Below are positions 17,249-26,339 of a DNA stretch of 64,000 bases, in pieces. Origin of the DNA: a virus; the IMG/VR virus record IMGVR_UViG_3300049027_000111, positions 2,481-66,480 of that record. One strand, written 5' to 3'. Each line of letters opens with the position of its first letter. The first letter of the stretch is position 1. Position numbers and translations under genes: made by a program. The notes under the pieces were generated by a model. The model did no database searches, was not told where the DNA came from, and was given only the letters and a program-made list of their open reading frames with translations.

Positions 17249-18160
17249 TCACTCGTCCGCGAAGGCCGGCGGCGGGCTGGCGGCAGCGGCGGGGGCCGGC
17301 TGCTCCTGCGCCGCGGCGGGCGGTGGCTCGGGCTCGGGCGGCGACGGCTCGGGATCGGGATCCGGCACCGGCACCGGACGGCCGGGAGCGGGCAGGCTCA
17401 CCATGTCGGGCGAGGCGTCCACGGTCTCGCGCCCACCGTCGTCGAGGTCCCTGAGCGCGTCCGGGTCCTCGAGCGGCAGGCGCTTGCACAGGCGCTTGAG
17501 GCAAACCTTTCTCGCCATCTCGTCGGGGAAATTCTTCCAGGCGGGCGAGTTCTTCGACGGCGCAAGCTCGCGTATCTTCTCAATCTCCGCCCGCTCCATG
17601 AGCTCGATCTCGGGCGTGTCGACGCCCGTCACGACCGCGACGGCGTAGACCGCCAGCCAGTCGCCCCGGCCGCTGATCGGCACCTCGTGCTCGATGCTTT
17701 CGTCGGTGCCGAGCCGGATGCGGCAGCGGTCGTTCTCGCGGACGACGTGCGCGCTGACCTTCTTGACCAGTTGGCTGCGGCGCACGAGGGTCAGGGCCCC
17801 GCGGTAGTCCAAGCTCTCCTGCACCTGCCCTTTGAAGGGGAGCAGGTGGTAGCCACCTGCGCCGATCGGCAGGCCCGTCTTCGCCACGCGCTTGACGGCG
17901 CGCAGGAGCGAGGCCCGATCGGCGTTGAGCAGGTCGTTGTTGTCGCGCACCGCGGTGACGAGCAGCTCGCAGAGCCGTTCGATGTAGCCGGTGGTGCGCT
18001 GCTCGCGCGGCACGGTCGCGGCGAGGCTCTCGCGAAATTGCCGGCCGTCGACCTGCAACCGGAGCTGCTGGAAGGCCTGCTGCGCCGGGCTCGGCGGACG
18101 GACCTGCGCCGGGCTCGAGCCGCGCGGCTGGGCGAGCGGGACACGCTGCGGGTCGGTCAT
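17249..18160 (-). CDS. recT: RecT-family ssDNA annealing protein
   Basis: 'GYHLLPFKG...LDYRG...VSAHVVREND', 'WKNFPDEMARKVCLKRLCKRLP'. Confidence 0.85.
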   Translation of the reverse strand: MTDPQRVPLAQPRGSSPAQVRPPSPAQQAFQQLRLQVDGRQFRESLAATVPREQRTTGYIERLCELLVTAVRDNNDLLNADRASLLRAVKRVAKTGLPIGAGGYHLLPFKGQVQESLDYRGALTLVRRSQLVKKVSAHVVRENDRCRIRLGTDESIEHEVPISGRGDWLAVYAVAVVTGVDTPEIELMERAEIEKIRELAPSKNSPAWKNFPDEMARKVCLKRLCKRLPLEDPDALRDLDDGGRETVDASPDMVSLPAPGRPVPVPDPDPEPSPPEPEPPPAAAQEQPAPAAAASPPPAFADE

Positions 18161-19017
18161 GCGATCTCCTGATAGGTCGCGGGGCAGGCCTTCGAGCCCC
18201 AAAGCCTGCAGTACTTCGCCGAGCACAAAAGACTGGACGGGTTCGGCAGGAACCGGCTCGGATCGCCATCGCGCTGGAAGTCCAGGGCTTTGGCCCCGAA
18301 GTCCTTCAGCACCGCATCAGCGATCTTCTCGGCCTCGACGATGCCGATCGGCTGCTGCTCCACGGACGGCTGGGGCTTCTGCTCCTTCACCCTCTGGATG
18401 AAGTCGACCTGGCAACCGTCGACCGCATGGCCGCGCGTGCGCAGGAGCAGCGTGTAGGCCCCGAGCTGTGGCGCGTGCCTCCAGGCGCTCATCCGGCGCC
18501 GGCCGGTCTTGGAGTCGTGCAGGATCGTGCGCCCGCCCTTCTCGGCATCGAGGGCGACGAGATCGCTCTGGCCGGAGATCACCAGCCCGGGCACCGCTTC
18601 CGCCTCCAGCCGGCGCTCGACCGCCACCGGTCGCACGCGGGGCACGATGTCCCGGCGGTAGGTGCGGACCATCCGGCGCACCTGACCCTCGGCGGCGTTC
18701 CTCGAGGGTGTGTCATCATCCATGATGACGGGCTGGTCGCCGACATCCTCCGCCCACCGCTGCCGGAAGGCGCTGATGCCGGCGTCCTCGAGCACGTCGT
18801 CGGGCGACGGGCTGCCGCCGAGCAGGAGCTCGGTCAGCGCCAGCTCCGCCCCGCCGTGAACGCCGCTGCCGACGAGCGCGCCCACGTTCGCGCGCCGTGG
18901 GGCCATGGCGTGACCGTGCTCGGCGAACAGGTGCGGGAAGGCGTGGCCGGCGGCGCGCAATTGACAGTCGGTGAACGTGCTCAAGCTTGAAGCGCGGATG
19001 ATCAGCGGCGGGCTCAC
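18157..19017 (-). CDS. PD-(D/E)XK nuclease (RecB/Cas4-like, RecE partner)
   Basis: 'IRASSL...C', 'SGQSDL', 'HDSKTG', 'QLGAY', C-terminal 'CSAKYC...C'. Confidence 0.85.
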   Translation of the reverse strand: MSPPLIIRASSLSTFTDCQLRAAGHAFPHLFAEHGHAMAPRRANVGALVGSGVHGGAELALTELLLGGSPSPDDVLEDAGISAFRQRWAEDVGDQPVIMDDDTPSRNAAEGQVRRMVRTYRRDIVPRVRPVAVERRLEAEAVPGLVISGQSDLVALDAEKGGRTILHDSKTGRRRMSAWRHAPQLGAYTLLLRTRGHAVDGCQVDFIQRVKEQKPQPSVEQQPIGIVEAEKIADAVLKDFGAKALDFQRDGDPSRFLPNPSSLLCSAKYCRLWGSKACPATYQEIA

Positions 19018-19226
19018 GCCCAGCGCCACCAGCGCCACCAGGACCGGGTCGCGAGCTCCAGCCGGCGCTCGAGATAGCGCACCTCCCGCCGCAGCCGCGC
19101 CGCCTCGTCGATCGCCTCCTCGCGCTGCCGCTCGGCGCTCTGCAGCAGCTCCTCGAGCGCCAGGATGCGCGAGGACGGGCAGACGGTGATCCGGTCAGCG
19201 TCCGAGGTCTTGCGATCCGACCACAT
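19014..19226 (-). CDS. Small coiled-coil protein, first gene of the leftward operon
   Basis: Strong GGAGGAGGT RBS, ends 'RSWWRWWRWA'. Confidence 0.6.
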   Translation of the reverse strand: MWSDRKTSDADRITVCPSSRILALEELLQSAERQREEAIDEAARLRREVRYLERRLELATRSWWRWWRWA

Positions 19227-19339
19227 GCGCACCTCCTCCGTGGCTGAGGTGCGACCTTTACCTAGACCGCCGGTCAGCTTCAAGCGATTTTCGCCTGTCA
19301 GATGACCTAGCGCGGGTAATTTCTCCTTGAACGCAGGTC

Positions 19340-19642
19340 ATGGTGGGTCTACGGGAAACCATGATGGTTCATTTGGTCGATCGGATGTTGCGGCTGTTCG
19401 GCTCCCGCGCGGAAGCCGCGCGGGTCTGCGGCTGCCATCCGTCGGCCGCGTCGCACTGGGCCCGCCGGCATGGCGTGATCCCGCCCTTGCGCATCGCCCA
19501 GCTGCAGGCCGAGGCCGTCAAGCGCGGCTTCGGCCACCGATTCGACGCCGACGCGTTGCTGGCGCTGGCCGAGGCTCGCACCGCCACCCACGTCGAGAAC
19601 CGCCGCCGCGCTCGTTCGCGCCGCAGAAAGCAAGCCGCTTGA
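19340..19642 (+). CDS. Cro-like HTH protein
   Basis: 'FGSRAEAARVCGCHPSAASHW...IPP', divergent from the recombination operon. Start may be 19361 or 19364. Confidence 0.7.
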   Translation: MVGLRETMMVHLVDRMLRLFGSRAEAARVCGCHPSAASHWARRHGVIPPLRIAQLQAEAVKRGFGHRFDADALLALAEARTATHVENRRRARSRRRKQAA

Positions 19643-19741
19643 CCGCCGCCCCGGTCCAACCGCCAGCCGCCGTTTTCCCTGCGGCGGCTGGCGTCTGCGC
19701 CGGCTCTCTCCCTCCCGAGCGCAGGAAGCCCCTCGCGAAGT

Positions 19742-19772
19742 GCCGGGCGGTGCCAAGCCGCCCGGCTTTTTC
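19742..19772 (+). terminator. Intrinsic terminator after the cro-like gene
   Basis: GCCGGGCGG-7 nt-CCGCCCGGC followed by T5. Confidence 0.7.
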
Positions 19773-19832
19773 TGCGCCCAGCATGCGCGAGGACGGCGAC
19801 AGAAACGCGACAGCCCCCGCCGGAGATCCGCC

Positions 19833-20330
19833 ATGCGGCTATCCGCCCAGCAGCTGCACCGCCTCGGCTATCGCCAGGACGAGGGCCAGCGCTGGATCCG
19901 GGGCGGGCCCGCGGTCGAGCCCGACATCGCCGCCTACCTCGCCAACCGCCCGCTCTGCCCGCGGCCGACCGGCCCGGAATTCACGTTCTCCTGCGCCCTC
20001 ACCCAGGCCCTGGACGGCCTGACGCTCAGCGGAGCGCTGCACGCCGTCTGGTCGGCGACGGAGGCCAGCTCGAAGGCCGGCGGCCATCGTGGCCAGCGCG
20101 CCCAAGCCCGCCTGCGCGCGGCCGGGGTCAATCCTGGCTGGCCGGATTTCACCTTCTGCTGGAGCACCGGCAGTGGGGTCCTGGAGCTCAAGAGCGCGAC
20201 CGGGCACCTGAGCCACGCCCAGGTCGCGATGCGCCGCTGGTGCCAGCGCCATGGCGTCCGGCACGCCGTGGTCCGCTCCGTCGAGGACGCCCTCGAACAC
20301 CTACGAGATTGGGGAGTGCTGGACAGATGA
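19833..20330 (+). CDS. VRR-NUC family nuclease / resolvase
   Basis: 'GVNPGWPDF...LELKS..G.LS.AQ...VVRSVED'. Confidence 0.8.
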   Translation: MRLSAQQLHRLGYRQDEGQRWIRGGPAVEPDIAAYLANRPLCPRPTGPEFTFSCALTQALDGLTLSGALHAVWSATEASSKAGGHRGQRAQARLRAAGVNPGWPDFTFCWSTGSGVLELKSATGHLSHAQVAMRRWCQRHGVRHAVVRSVEDALEHLRDWGVLDR

Positions 20331-20536
20331 TCGATCCCGACGACCCGGGCCCCGATGTCACGCTCGCCGAGCTCCTGCGCCGCACGCAGGTGCTGCCGGA
20401 GGAGCAGCTGCTGCGCGAGAGGGCCCACCACAGCAACGCTGCCGTGAAGAGCGCCGTCAGCAGGCGGACGCACGCCAAGCTGCGGCGGCTGGGCAAGCTC
20501 GACTTCAGCAGGAGGGTCGAGCCATGCCGGTCGTGA
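20327..20536 (+). CDS. Hypothetical protein
   Basis: ATGA-coupled 69-aa ORF. Confidence 0.45.
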   Translation: MIDPDDPGPDVTLAELLRRTQVLPEEQLLRERAHHSNAAVKSAVSRRTHAKLRRLGKLDFSRRVEPCRS

Positions 20537-21324
20537 CCACCCGCGGCAGGCCGCGTCCCACCGATCCCGGCCTCGCGCCGCCCGACGTGGTCAAGCGCTG
20601 CCTCGACAAGATCGGCTTGGTGCCACGTGGCGTGCGCGCCAACAATCCCGGTAACCTTGAGCGCGGCAAGAAACCATGGGTCGGTGAAGTAAACGACGGT
20701 CGAGAGCCCAGGTTCGCCCAGTTCAAGACGCCTGAGGATGGTATCCGCGCCATCGGTGTCTGCGTCATGACTTATGTCGACCACCGCAAGGCCAATGACG
20801 GCTCGGCCATCGACAGCGTCGATGACATCATCAACCGGTGGGCGCCAAGTCACGAGAACGACACGCGCGCCTACGCGGCGCATGTCGCCGCGCTCCTCAA
20901 GGTCGATCCGTTCGAGAAGGTCAACTTCTACGCTTGGGACAACATCCGGGCGCTGACCTGTGGACTGATCGAGCATGAAAATGGACTTAACCCATACTCG
21001 GACACGACGATCGACACGGGCCTGCTCAAGGCCGGCTTCAAGCGCCCGGCCGCGACCGTCACGGCCGAGCGCACCACCGACCGGATGATCTCCGCCGCGG
21101 GGGTCGCCGCTGGCGGCGGGGCCGCCGTGCTCAGCACCGTGGTCGCCGTGCTGCCGGCCGTCACCGAGGCCTACAAGCAGGCCACCACCTCCTCGAGCGC
21201 CTTGGCCGAGATCGCGCCCTGGCTGCCGATTGCTTTCGGCGTCCTCGCCGCCGGCACCGTCGTCGTCCTGACCGTCCGCAACGCGCGGCTCGCGCGCCTG
21301 GTCGACGGGAGATCGCCGCCATGA
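20524..21324 (+). CDS. Lysozyme-like muramidase (probable endolysin) with two C-terminal hydrophobic helices
   Basis: 'RGVRANNPGNL', 'FKTPEDGIRA', 'IINRWAPSHENDTRAY', 'IEHENG'. Confidence 0.8.
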   Translation: MPVVTTRGRPRPTDPGLAPPDVVKRCLDKIGLVPRGVRANNPGNLERGKKPWVGEVNDGREPRFAQFKTPEDGIRAIGVCVMTYVDHRKANDGSAIDSVDDIINRWAPSHENDTRAYAAHVAALLKVDPFEKVNFYAWDNIRALTCGLIEHENGLNPYSDTTIDTGLLKAGFKRPAATVTAERTTDRMISAAGVAAGGGAAVLSTVVAVLPAVTEAYKQATTSSSALAEIAPWLPIAFGVLAAGTVVVLTVRNARLARLVDGRSPP

Positions 21325-22044
21325 GCCGCCGCAAGCCGCCTCCGTCCGGTGGTCCGTGCGATTTGCACCTGTCGGCAACGGAGATCGCCGTGCTGATCGC
21401 GGTCCGCGATGCGCCGCAGGTCCGCGACCGGGACCTCGCCGACCGCCGCACCGTCGCCCGGCTGCTCGCCCGGGGGCTGCTCTGGCGGGTCGACGGCGAG
21501 GTCGGCCTGACCTGGGGCGGGATGGGATGGTGCGGCCGGATCCTCGAGCCCGTGGAGGTCATGCAGTGACGCCCATCGTGACCTCGGTCTTCAGCGCCAG
21601 ATGCATCTGCGGCGAGATCCGCACCCTGGAGCTCGACATCGCCGACCCCTGGGAGTGGACCAAGATCCACGATCGCCTGCGCGCCGAGGGCTGGAGCCGT
21701 GAGCCCGGACCGCGGGGCCGCCGGCTGTGCCCGCACTGCGCCGCCGAGGGCGCGCGCACCCTCGAGCCAGTCGACGCGACGCCCCCGCCATGAAGCGACG
21801 GCCCGTGAAGCTGGCCCTGCCCAAGGGGGCGGCGCGCACGGCCTACCAGGCCGGCTGGCAGGCGCAGGCGCGCGGCAGCACGGCCGTCGACAACCCCCAC
21901 CACGAGCTCGAGCCCGCCACGGCCTGGTCGCTCGGATTCTTCGCGCGCGGCGGCGCCCTGCCGCACTGGCTGATCCGGCAGGCGCGACACGCCGGCCTCC
22001 TCGCCGCCGACGGGGAGATCGCCACGGACACTCAGGAGGATTGA
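21321..22044 (+). CDS. Three coupled small hypothetical genes (21321-21569, 21566-21793, 21790-22044)
   Basis: ATGA/GTGA overlaps. The second has CxC...CPHC. The third resembles 'AYQAGW...NP...AWSLG' small phage proteins. Confidence 0.55.
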
Positions 22045-22047
22045 GCC

Positions 22048-22749
22048 TTGGAACCCCTCATGCCGAGCCCGAACTCGCACGATCCCGACCTCGGGCCGCT
22101 GTTCCCGGCTGCCGAACCGGACCCGCCCGAGCCGACGCCCGGGAAGCCGCGCAAGAAGCGCGCGCGGCGTGACGCGGACTGGCGCTTCAGGCCGGTGCAT
22201 AACTGGCCCCTCGAGGAGAGGCCGCCGAAACACTGGAGGCTGGCCAAGGTCGCCGGGCTGGTCGGGTGCAACAGCGGCCCGATCTGGAACGACTGCATCA
22301 CCTTCGGCAGGGCGGCGCACTGGCGCTGGGGCGTGCGCTGGGTGATCTTCCTGGTGCCGCAGGTCTACCAGATCATCGACGTGCTGCGCGCGCGTCGGCA
22401 CCGGGCGCCCTTGTACGACGACAGCCTGAAGAGCTGCCCCTGGATCGAGCCCGTGCCGGTCGACGCGCCGGTTCTAGAGCCGCCCGCGGTCGAGGCCGCG
22501 ATCCAAGCACCTCCCCCCTCCCCTGTCGAGCTCGTCGCCCGCCCGTGCCTGATCGAGCGCCCGCCGCTGCTGACCCCGGAGGCCATCGCCGACTGGGCGC
22601 ACCTGTCCCCGGCCCGGGTCGACGCCCTCCTCAACAGCGGCGAGATCCCGTCGTTCGAGATGGCGGGCGAGATCCGCGTCGCCGAGCCCGACTTCGACGC
22701 CTGGGTCGAGCGCCAACGCCGAAGAGGAAAAACTGATCCGCGGTCTTGA
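22048..22749 (+). CDS. Protein with C-terminal excisionase-like HTH
   Basis: 'LLTPEAIADWAHLS...VDALLNSGEIPSFEMAGEIRV...FDAWV'. Confidence 0.65.
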   Translation: MEPLMPSPNSHDPDLGPLFPAAEPDPPEPTPGKPRKKRARRDADWRFRPVHNWPLEERPPKHWRLAKVAGLVGCNSGPIWNDCITFGRAAHWRWGVRWVIFLVPQVYQIIDVLRARRHRAPLYDDSLKSCPWIEPVPVDAPVLEPPAVEAAIQAPPPSPVELVARPCLIERPPLLTPEAIADWAHLSPARVDALLNSGEIPSFEMAGEIRVAEPDFDAWVERQRRRGKTDPRS

Positions 22750-22856
22750 CTATGCAGGCGTTTTGATTTCACCTCCCAGGTGCCCATCCGGGCATCTCCG
22801 CCACGATCGCGGTGAACGTGGGGTCCCGTCTCGGACGGGGCTGGAGGAATGGCTTC

Positions 22857-23102
22857 ATGGCTCGCTTCGCCACCAAGTACGACCGCGTGCTCCTGCTGAT
22901 CCGCCAGGACGGCAGGTGCGCGGGGTGCGGACACCGACTGGCGGAGTTCGAGGTCGATCACCTTGAGCCGTGGGCCGACAGCAAGGACGCGGACCTATGG
23001 AACTTGCAGGCGCTCTGCGCGACCTGTCATCGGCGCAAGACTTCCGGCGATATCTCGAGGATCGCTTCCCGACGCCGTCGTCGGTCGAAGGCCGCAGCCT
23101 GA
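22857..23102 (+). CDS. HNH endonuclease
   Basis: 'CAGCG...EVDH..PW...NLQALCATCHRRKT'. Confidence 0.8.
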   Translation: MARFATKYDRVLLLIRQDGRCAGCGHRLAEFEVDHLEPWADSKDADLWNLQALCATCHRRKTSGDISRIASRRRRRSKAAA

Positions 23103-24922
23103 AGCTCAGGCTCGGCCAGATGATGCTGGCCCGCGCGCTCGAGGCGGGCTGGGACGGCTCGATGTTCATCGAGTTCCCGACCGGCTACGGCAAGACCACC
23201 GCGGCCGTGATCGCCGCCCACATCCTGCGGCTGCGCGGGCAGGTCACCCACATCCTGATCCTGGTGCCGAGCGACGAGCAGCGGGGGAAGTGGATCAAGG
23301 ACGGCCCCGAGGCCTTCAAGGAAGTCTCCGGCACCGCGCTCGACATCATCGATGCCGGCGACCACAGCGCGTTGCGCTACTTCTCGGTCGAGGGCGTGAA
23401 GGCGTTCACGACCACCATCCAGACGGCCACCGGCAAGGTCGGTTCCGCCCTCCTCGACCAGATGCTCTCACGCGGCCGGTGGCTGGTGGTCGTGGACGAG
23501 GCCCAGTACTACGCGCCCGAGGCTGAAGGCGCGAGCTGGAGCAGCGGGCTCAAGGCGATCCTCGACAAGCCGAGCGTCGAGCGCTGGCTCGGCATGTCGG
23601 CGACGCCGCTGCGCCGCAGCCGCCGCTACGGCCTCCTCGGCGAGCCCGATCTGGTCGTGCCGCTGAAGGTGGCGCTCGACGAGGAGGCCATCCGCAAGCT
23701 CGCGGTGCGGGCCGAGGAGTACGTGGTCGACGTCCAGATGGACGATGAGGGCACGCCGGTGCGCGTCCACACCAGCGAGGTGGCGAAGTGGGCCGGGCCG
23801 GGGGCCGGCAAGCCCGACGGCTCGGCGATCACGGCCTGGGAGCTGCGCCACCGGGTCCGTTACCACCACAAGTTCCTGTCGCAGATCATCGCCCACGCCC
23901 TGAAGATCTTTCTCGACAAGCTGACGCACCATCCCCGCCAGCATCAGATGCTGGTGTTCGCGATGTCGGTGCGGCATGCCAAGCACCTGACCGAGGCGAT
24001 CAACAAGGTCGCGCCGGAAATGGGCTTCGCGGACTACATCGGCGACACCGACGATCCGCAGGCGCACCGCAAGCCCGAGCACAACAAGGCGGTGCTCGAC
24101 CGCTTCAAGGCCAACCAGCTGCCGTGCCTCGTTCAGGTCGCCAAGGCCGGCGTCGGCTTCGACAACAAGCGCTGCTCGACCCTGCTCTTCCTGAACGTGA
24201 TCGGCAACAGCCCGCTGCTGCTGCAGTTCATCGGGCGTGGCCTGCGCCGGAACGCGGAGGTGCCGCAGGAGGAGGACGTCTGCCACGCGATCGTCTCGAT
24301 GGATCACCCGGGCCTCGAGCTGTTCCGCGAGATGGACACGGGCGACGTCGGCGACGAGGACATCGGGCTCGACATCCCCGGTCCGGGAGGTGGCGGCGAC
24401 GGAGATTGCGGCAACATCCGGCTGACCAACCTGCCGGAATTCTTCCTGATCGACGCCACCTTCGACCACGCCGAGATCATCGAGCCGTTCGTGGTCGAGG
24501 AGCGGCTGCGGCGCCTGCGCGAGAGCGCCAACCCCGAGGTCCGCGAGCTCATCGCGCACGCCGAGGCCAGGGCCGGCGGCGACATTTTCGCTTACGTGCA
24601 GAAGGCGATCATCCTCGAACGGTCGGAGGAGCTCACCGAGCTGCGCCTCGCCGCCCGGCACGAGCAGGCCAAGGCCCAGGTCAACAACGCGCGCAACACC
24701 ATCGCCACCAACGTCCTGGCGCTGCGCAACGGCACCCGCAAGACGATCGACTCCAGCCAGTACGGCCCGATCTACCGGGCGCTCGACGGCCACTACATCC
24801 GGATGACTGGGCTGCCGCAGAAGACGATGACGGTGGCCGACCTGCAGGCCAAGTACGATTGGTTGAAGGGCGTCAACGATCTCGTCCGGCAGAGCAAGGT
24901 GCCGGACTTCCTCGACCTGTGA
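22997..24922 (+). CDS. Superfamily 2 helicase (Res-like)
   Basis: 'LRLGQ', 'PTGYGKT', 'VVDEAQ', 'MSATP', 'GVGFD', 'QFIGRGLR'. Start uncertain. Confidence 0.85.
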   Translation: MELAGALRDLSSAQDFRRYLEDRFPTPSSVEGRSLKLRLGQMMLARALEAGWDGSMFIEFPTGYGKTTAAVIAAHILRLRGQVTHILILVPSDEQRGKWIKDGPEAFKEVSGTALDIIDAGDHSALRYFSVEGVKAFTTTIQTATGKVGSALLDQMLSRGRWLVVVDEAQYYAPEAEGASWSSGLKAILDKPSVERWLGMSATPLRRSRRYGLLGEPDLVVPLKVALDEEAIRKLAVRAEEYVVDVQMDDEGTPVRVHTSEVAKWAGPGAGKPDGSAITAWELRHRVRYHHKFLSQIIAHALKIFLDKLTHHPRQHQMLVFAMSVRHAKHLTEAINKVAPEMGFADYIGDTDDPQAHRKPEHNKAVLDRFKANQLPCLVQVAKAGVGFDNKRCSTLLFLNVIGNSPLLLQFIGRGLRRNAEVPQEEDVCHAIVSMDHPGLELFREMDTGDVGDEDIGLDIPGPGGGGDGDCGNIRLTNLPEFFLIDATFDHAEIIEPFVVEERLRRLRESANPEVRELIAHAEARAGGDIFAYVQKAIILERSEELTELRLAARHEQAKAQVNNARNTIATNVLALRNGTRKTIDSSQYGPIYRALDGHYIRMTGLPQKTMTVADLQAKYDWLKGVNDLVRQSKVPDFLDL

Positions 24923-25596
24923 GCTTCGCCGTCACCTCCGAGACGGTTGCCGACCACCTGGAGCGGCTGGTCGGCAGCCCTCTCGTCTTGCGCGAGCAGA
25001 TCGAGGGCTACGTGCGGGCGAGCCTCGGGGAAGCGGAGATCACCGCCCGGTCCAGCGCGGCGCTGCTGCGCCGGGTGCGCGACAAGGAGCTGTACCGACC
25101 GTCGGGCTGGCGCAGCTGGCGCTCGTTCTGCGCCTTCTTCAGTCCCGAGGAGCCGGAGCGCATCGACGTGCTGATCCGCGCCTTGGAGGTTCTCGAGAGC
25201 CGGGGCGAGAAGCGTGACTTCGGCGAGGCCGAGGCACGGGCGCTGGCCGGTCATGGCGGGGATCGCAGGAGCGCCAAGGCCAGGGCGGATCAAGTTGACA
25301 TTGTCAACTTGAAACACAAGGGCGGCAACGGGGCGGATTACCTCATGGGCCGGCTGGAGAAGCTGGCCCGCGAGGGCATGCCGCGGAAGGGCATCCCGCC
25401 GGTCGCCGAGGCGGCCGAGCTCCTGCGGCGTGTGCGAGCCAAGGAAATCAGCGCGCACGCCGCCGCCAAGGCCGTGGGCATCGTCTCGAAGCTCGCGCCC
25501 TTGGACCGGCTGCGCGCGGCGTGGCGCGGCGCCAGCGCCGAGGATCGTCGGGCGTTCCTGGCCGAAATTTCTGGGCACGAGAAGGACACCGCATGA
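24919..25596 (+). CDS. Hypothetical DNA-binding protein coupled to the helicase
   Basis: GTGA overlap. 'HGGDRRS' motif and 'ISAHAAAKAVGI'. Confidence 0.6.
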   Translation: MSFAVTSETVADHLERLVGSPLVLREQIEGYVRASLGEAEITARSSAALLRRVRDKELYRPSGWRSWRSFCAFFSPEEPERIDVLIRALEVLESRGEKRDFGEAEARALAGHGGDRRSAKARADQVDIVNLKHKGGNGADYLMGRLEKLAREGMPRKGIPPVAEAAELLRRVRAKEISAHAAAKAVGIVSKLAPLDRLRAAWRGASAEDRRAFLAEISGHEKDTA

Positions 25597-25847
25597 CCGA
25601 GCGCAGCGATCTTGCCGAGGAATGGCGCCAGGCCTTCGCCGCGGCCCACCCCGGCGAGCCCATCCCCGAGCCCAGCCCGCACGATCTTTTGCAGTGGATG
25701 GAGTGGACCGAGGCCAACGTCGCCCGGCTGCTCGAGCATCTCCAGGACGAGCTGACGCCCGCGCAGTGGCGCATCCTGGAGGAAAGGCTGACGGAGCTGG
25801 GCCGCGACATGGACGAGGGCCGCACGGTTCCCGAGCGGCTGCAATGA
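25593..25847 (+). CDS. Hypothetical protein
   Basis: ATGA-coupled, AAGGA RBS. Confidence 0.55.
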   Translation: MTERSDLAEEWRQAFAAAHPGEPIPEPSPHDLLQWMEWTEANVARLLEHLQDELTPAQWRILEERLTELGRDMDEGRTVPERLQ

Positions 25848-25952
25848 TCGCCGGTCGCCCCTAGATCGCGGTTGTCGCCTACCGCGTGGGGGATTATTGT
25901 TCGGAATTATCTTGCGGGCAGGCTCGGCGCTAGCAGGGGGCCCACGAGAACA

Positions 25953-25994
25953 ATTTGACCCGGAGAGGCGGGATAGTCCTCGTCCGGGTCAAAT
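25953..25994. repeat. 12-bp perfect inverted repeat in an AT-richer intergenic region
   Basis: ATTTGACCCGGA...TCCGGGTCAAAT. Confidence 0.7.
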
Positions 25995-26339
25995 CGCATT
26001 CAAGAAAGGATCGTTCTGTGCCCACAACATGTAGCGGCACTCGCTCAGCCGCGCAAGCCCCTCAACGCGACCCCAGGTCTCTTTTCTGCGCCGATCCTCC
26101 GAGGAGGGCTGGGTCATGAGCGACGGCGCCATGGAGCGCCCGCTTGCGACCGTCCAAAAATCGGTTCAGAAAAAGCTTGGGCCCGATGCTTGCGACACCG
26201 GGCCCGGTAGCTCCAACCGCGCAATCGGGAGTTACGCGGTGCCAGGAAAACTATGCCCATCGGCCTGCCGTCCGGCAAGGCCAACAGCGAATGATCATTC
26301 GGCCCTCCAGGTCAGCTTGCGCGCGCGGAGGGCCGGGCC

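Noticed and set aside
18157-19017. Cas4 as part of a CRISPR adaptation module
   Set aside because: It is coupled to recT as in ordinary RecE/RecT-type phage modules, and there is no cas1. A role with the arrays is unsupported.
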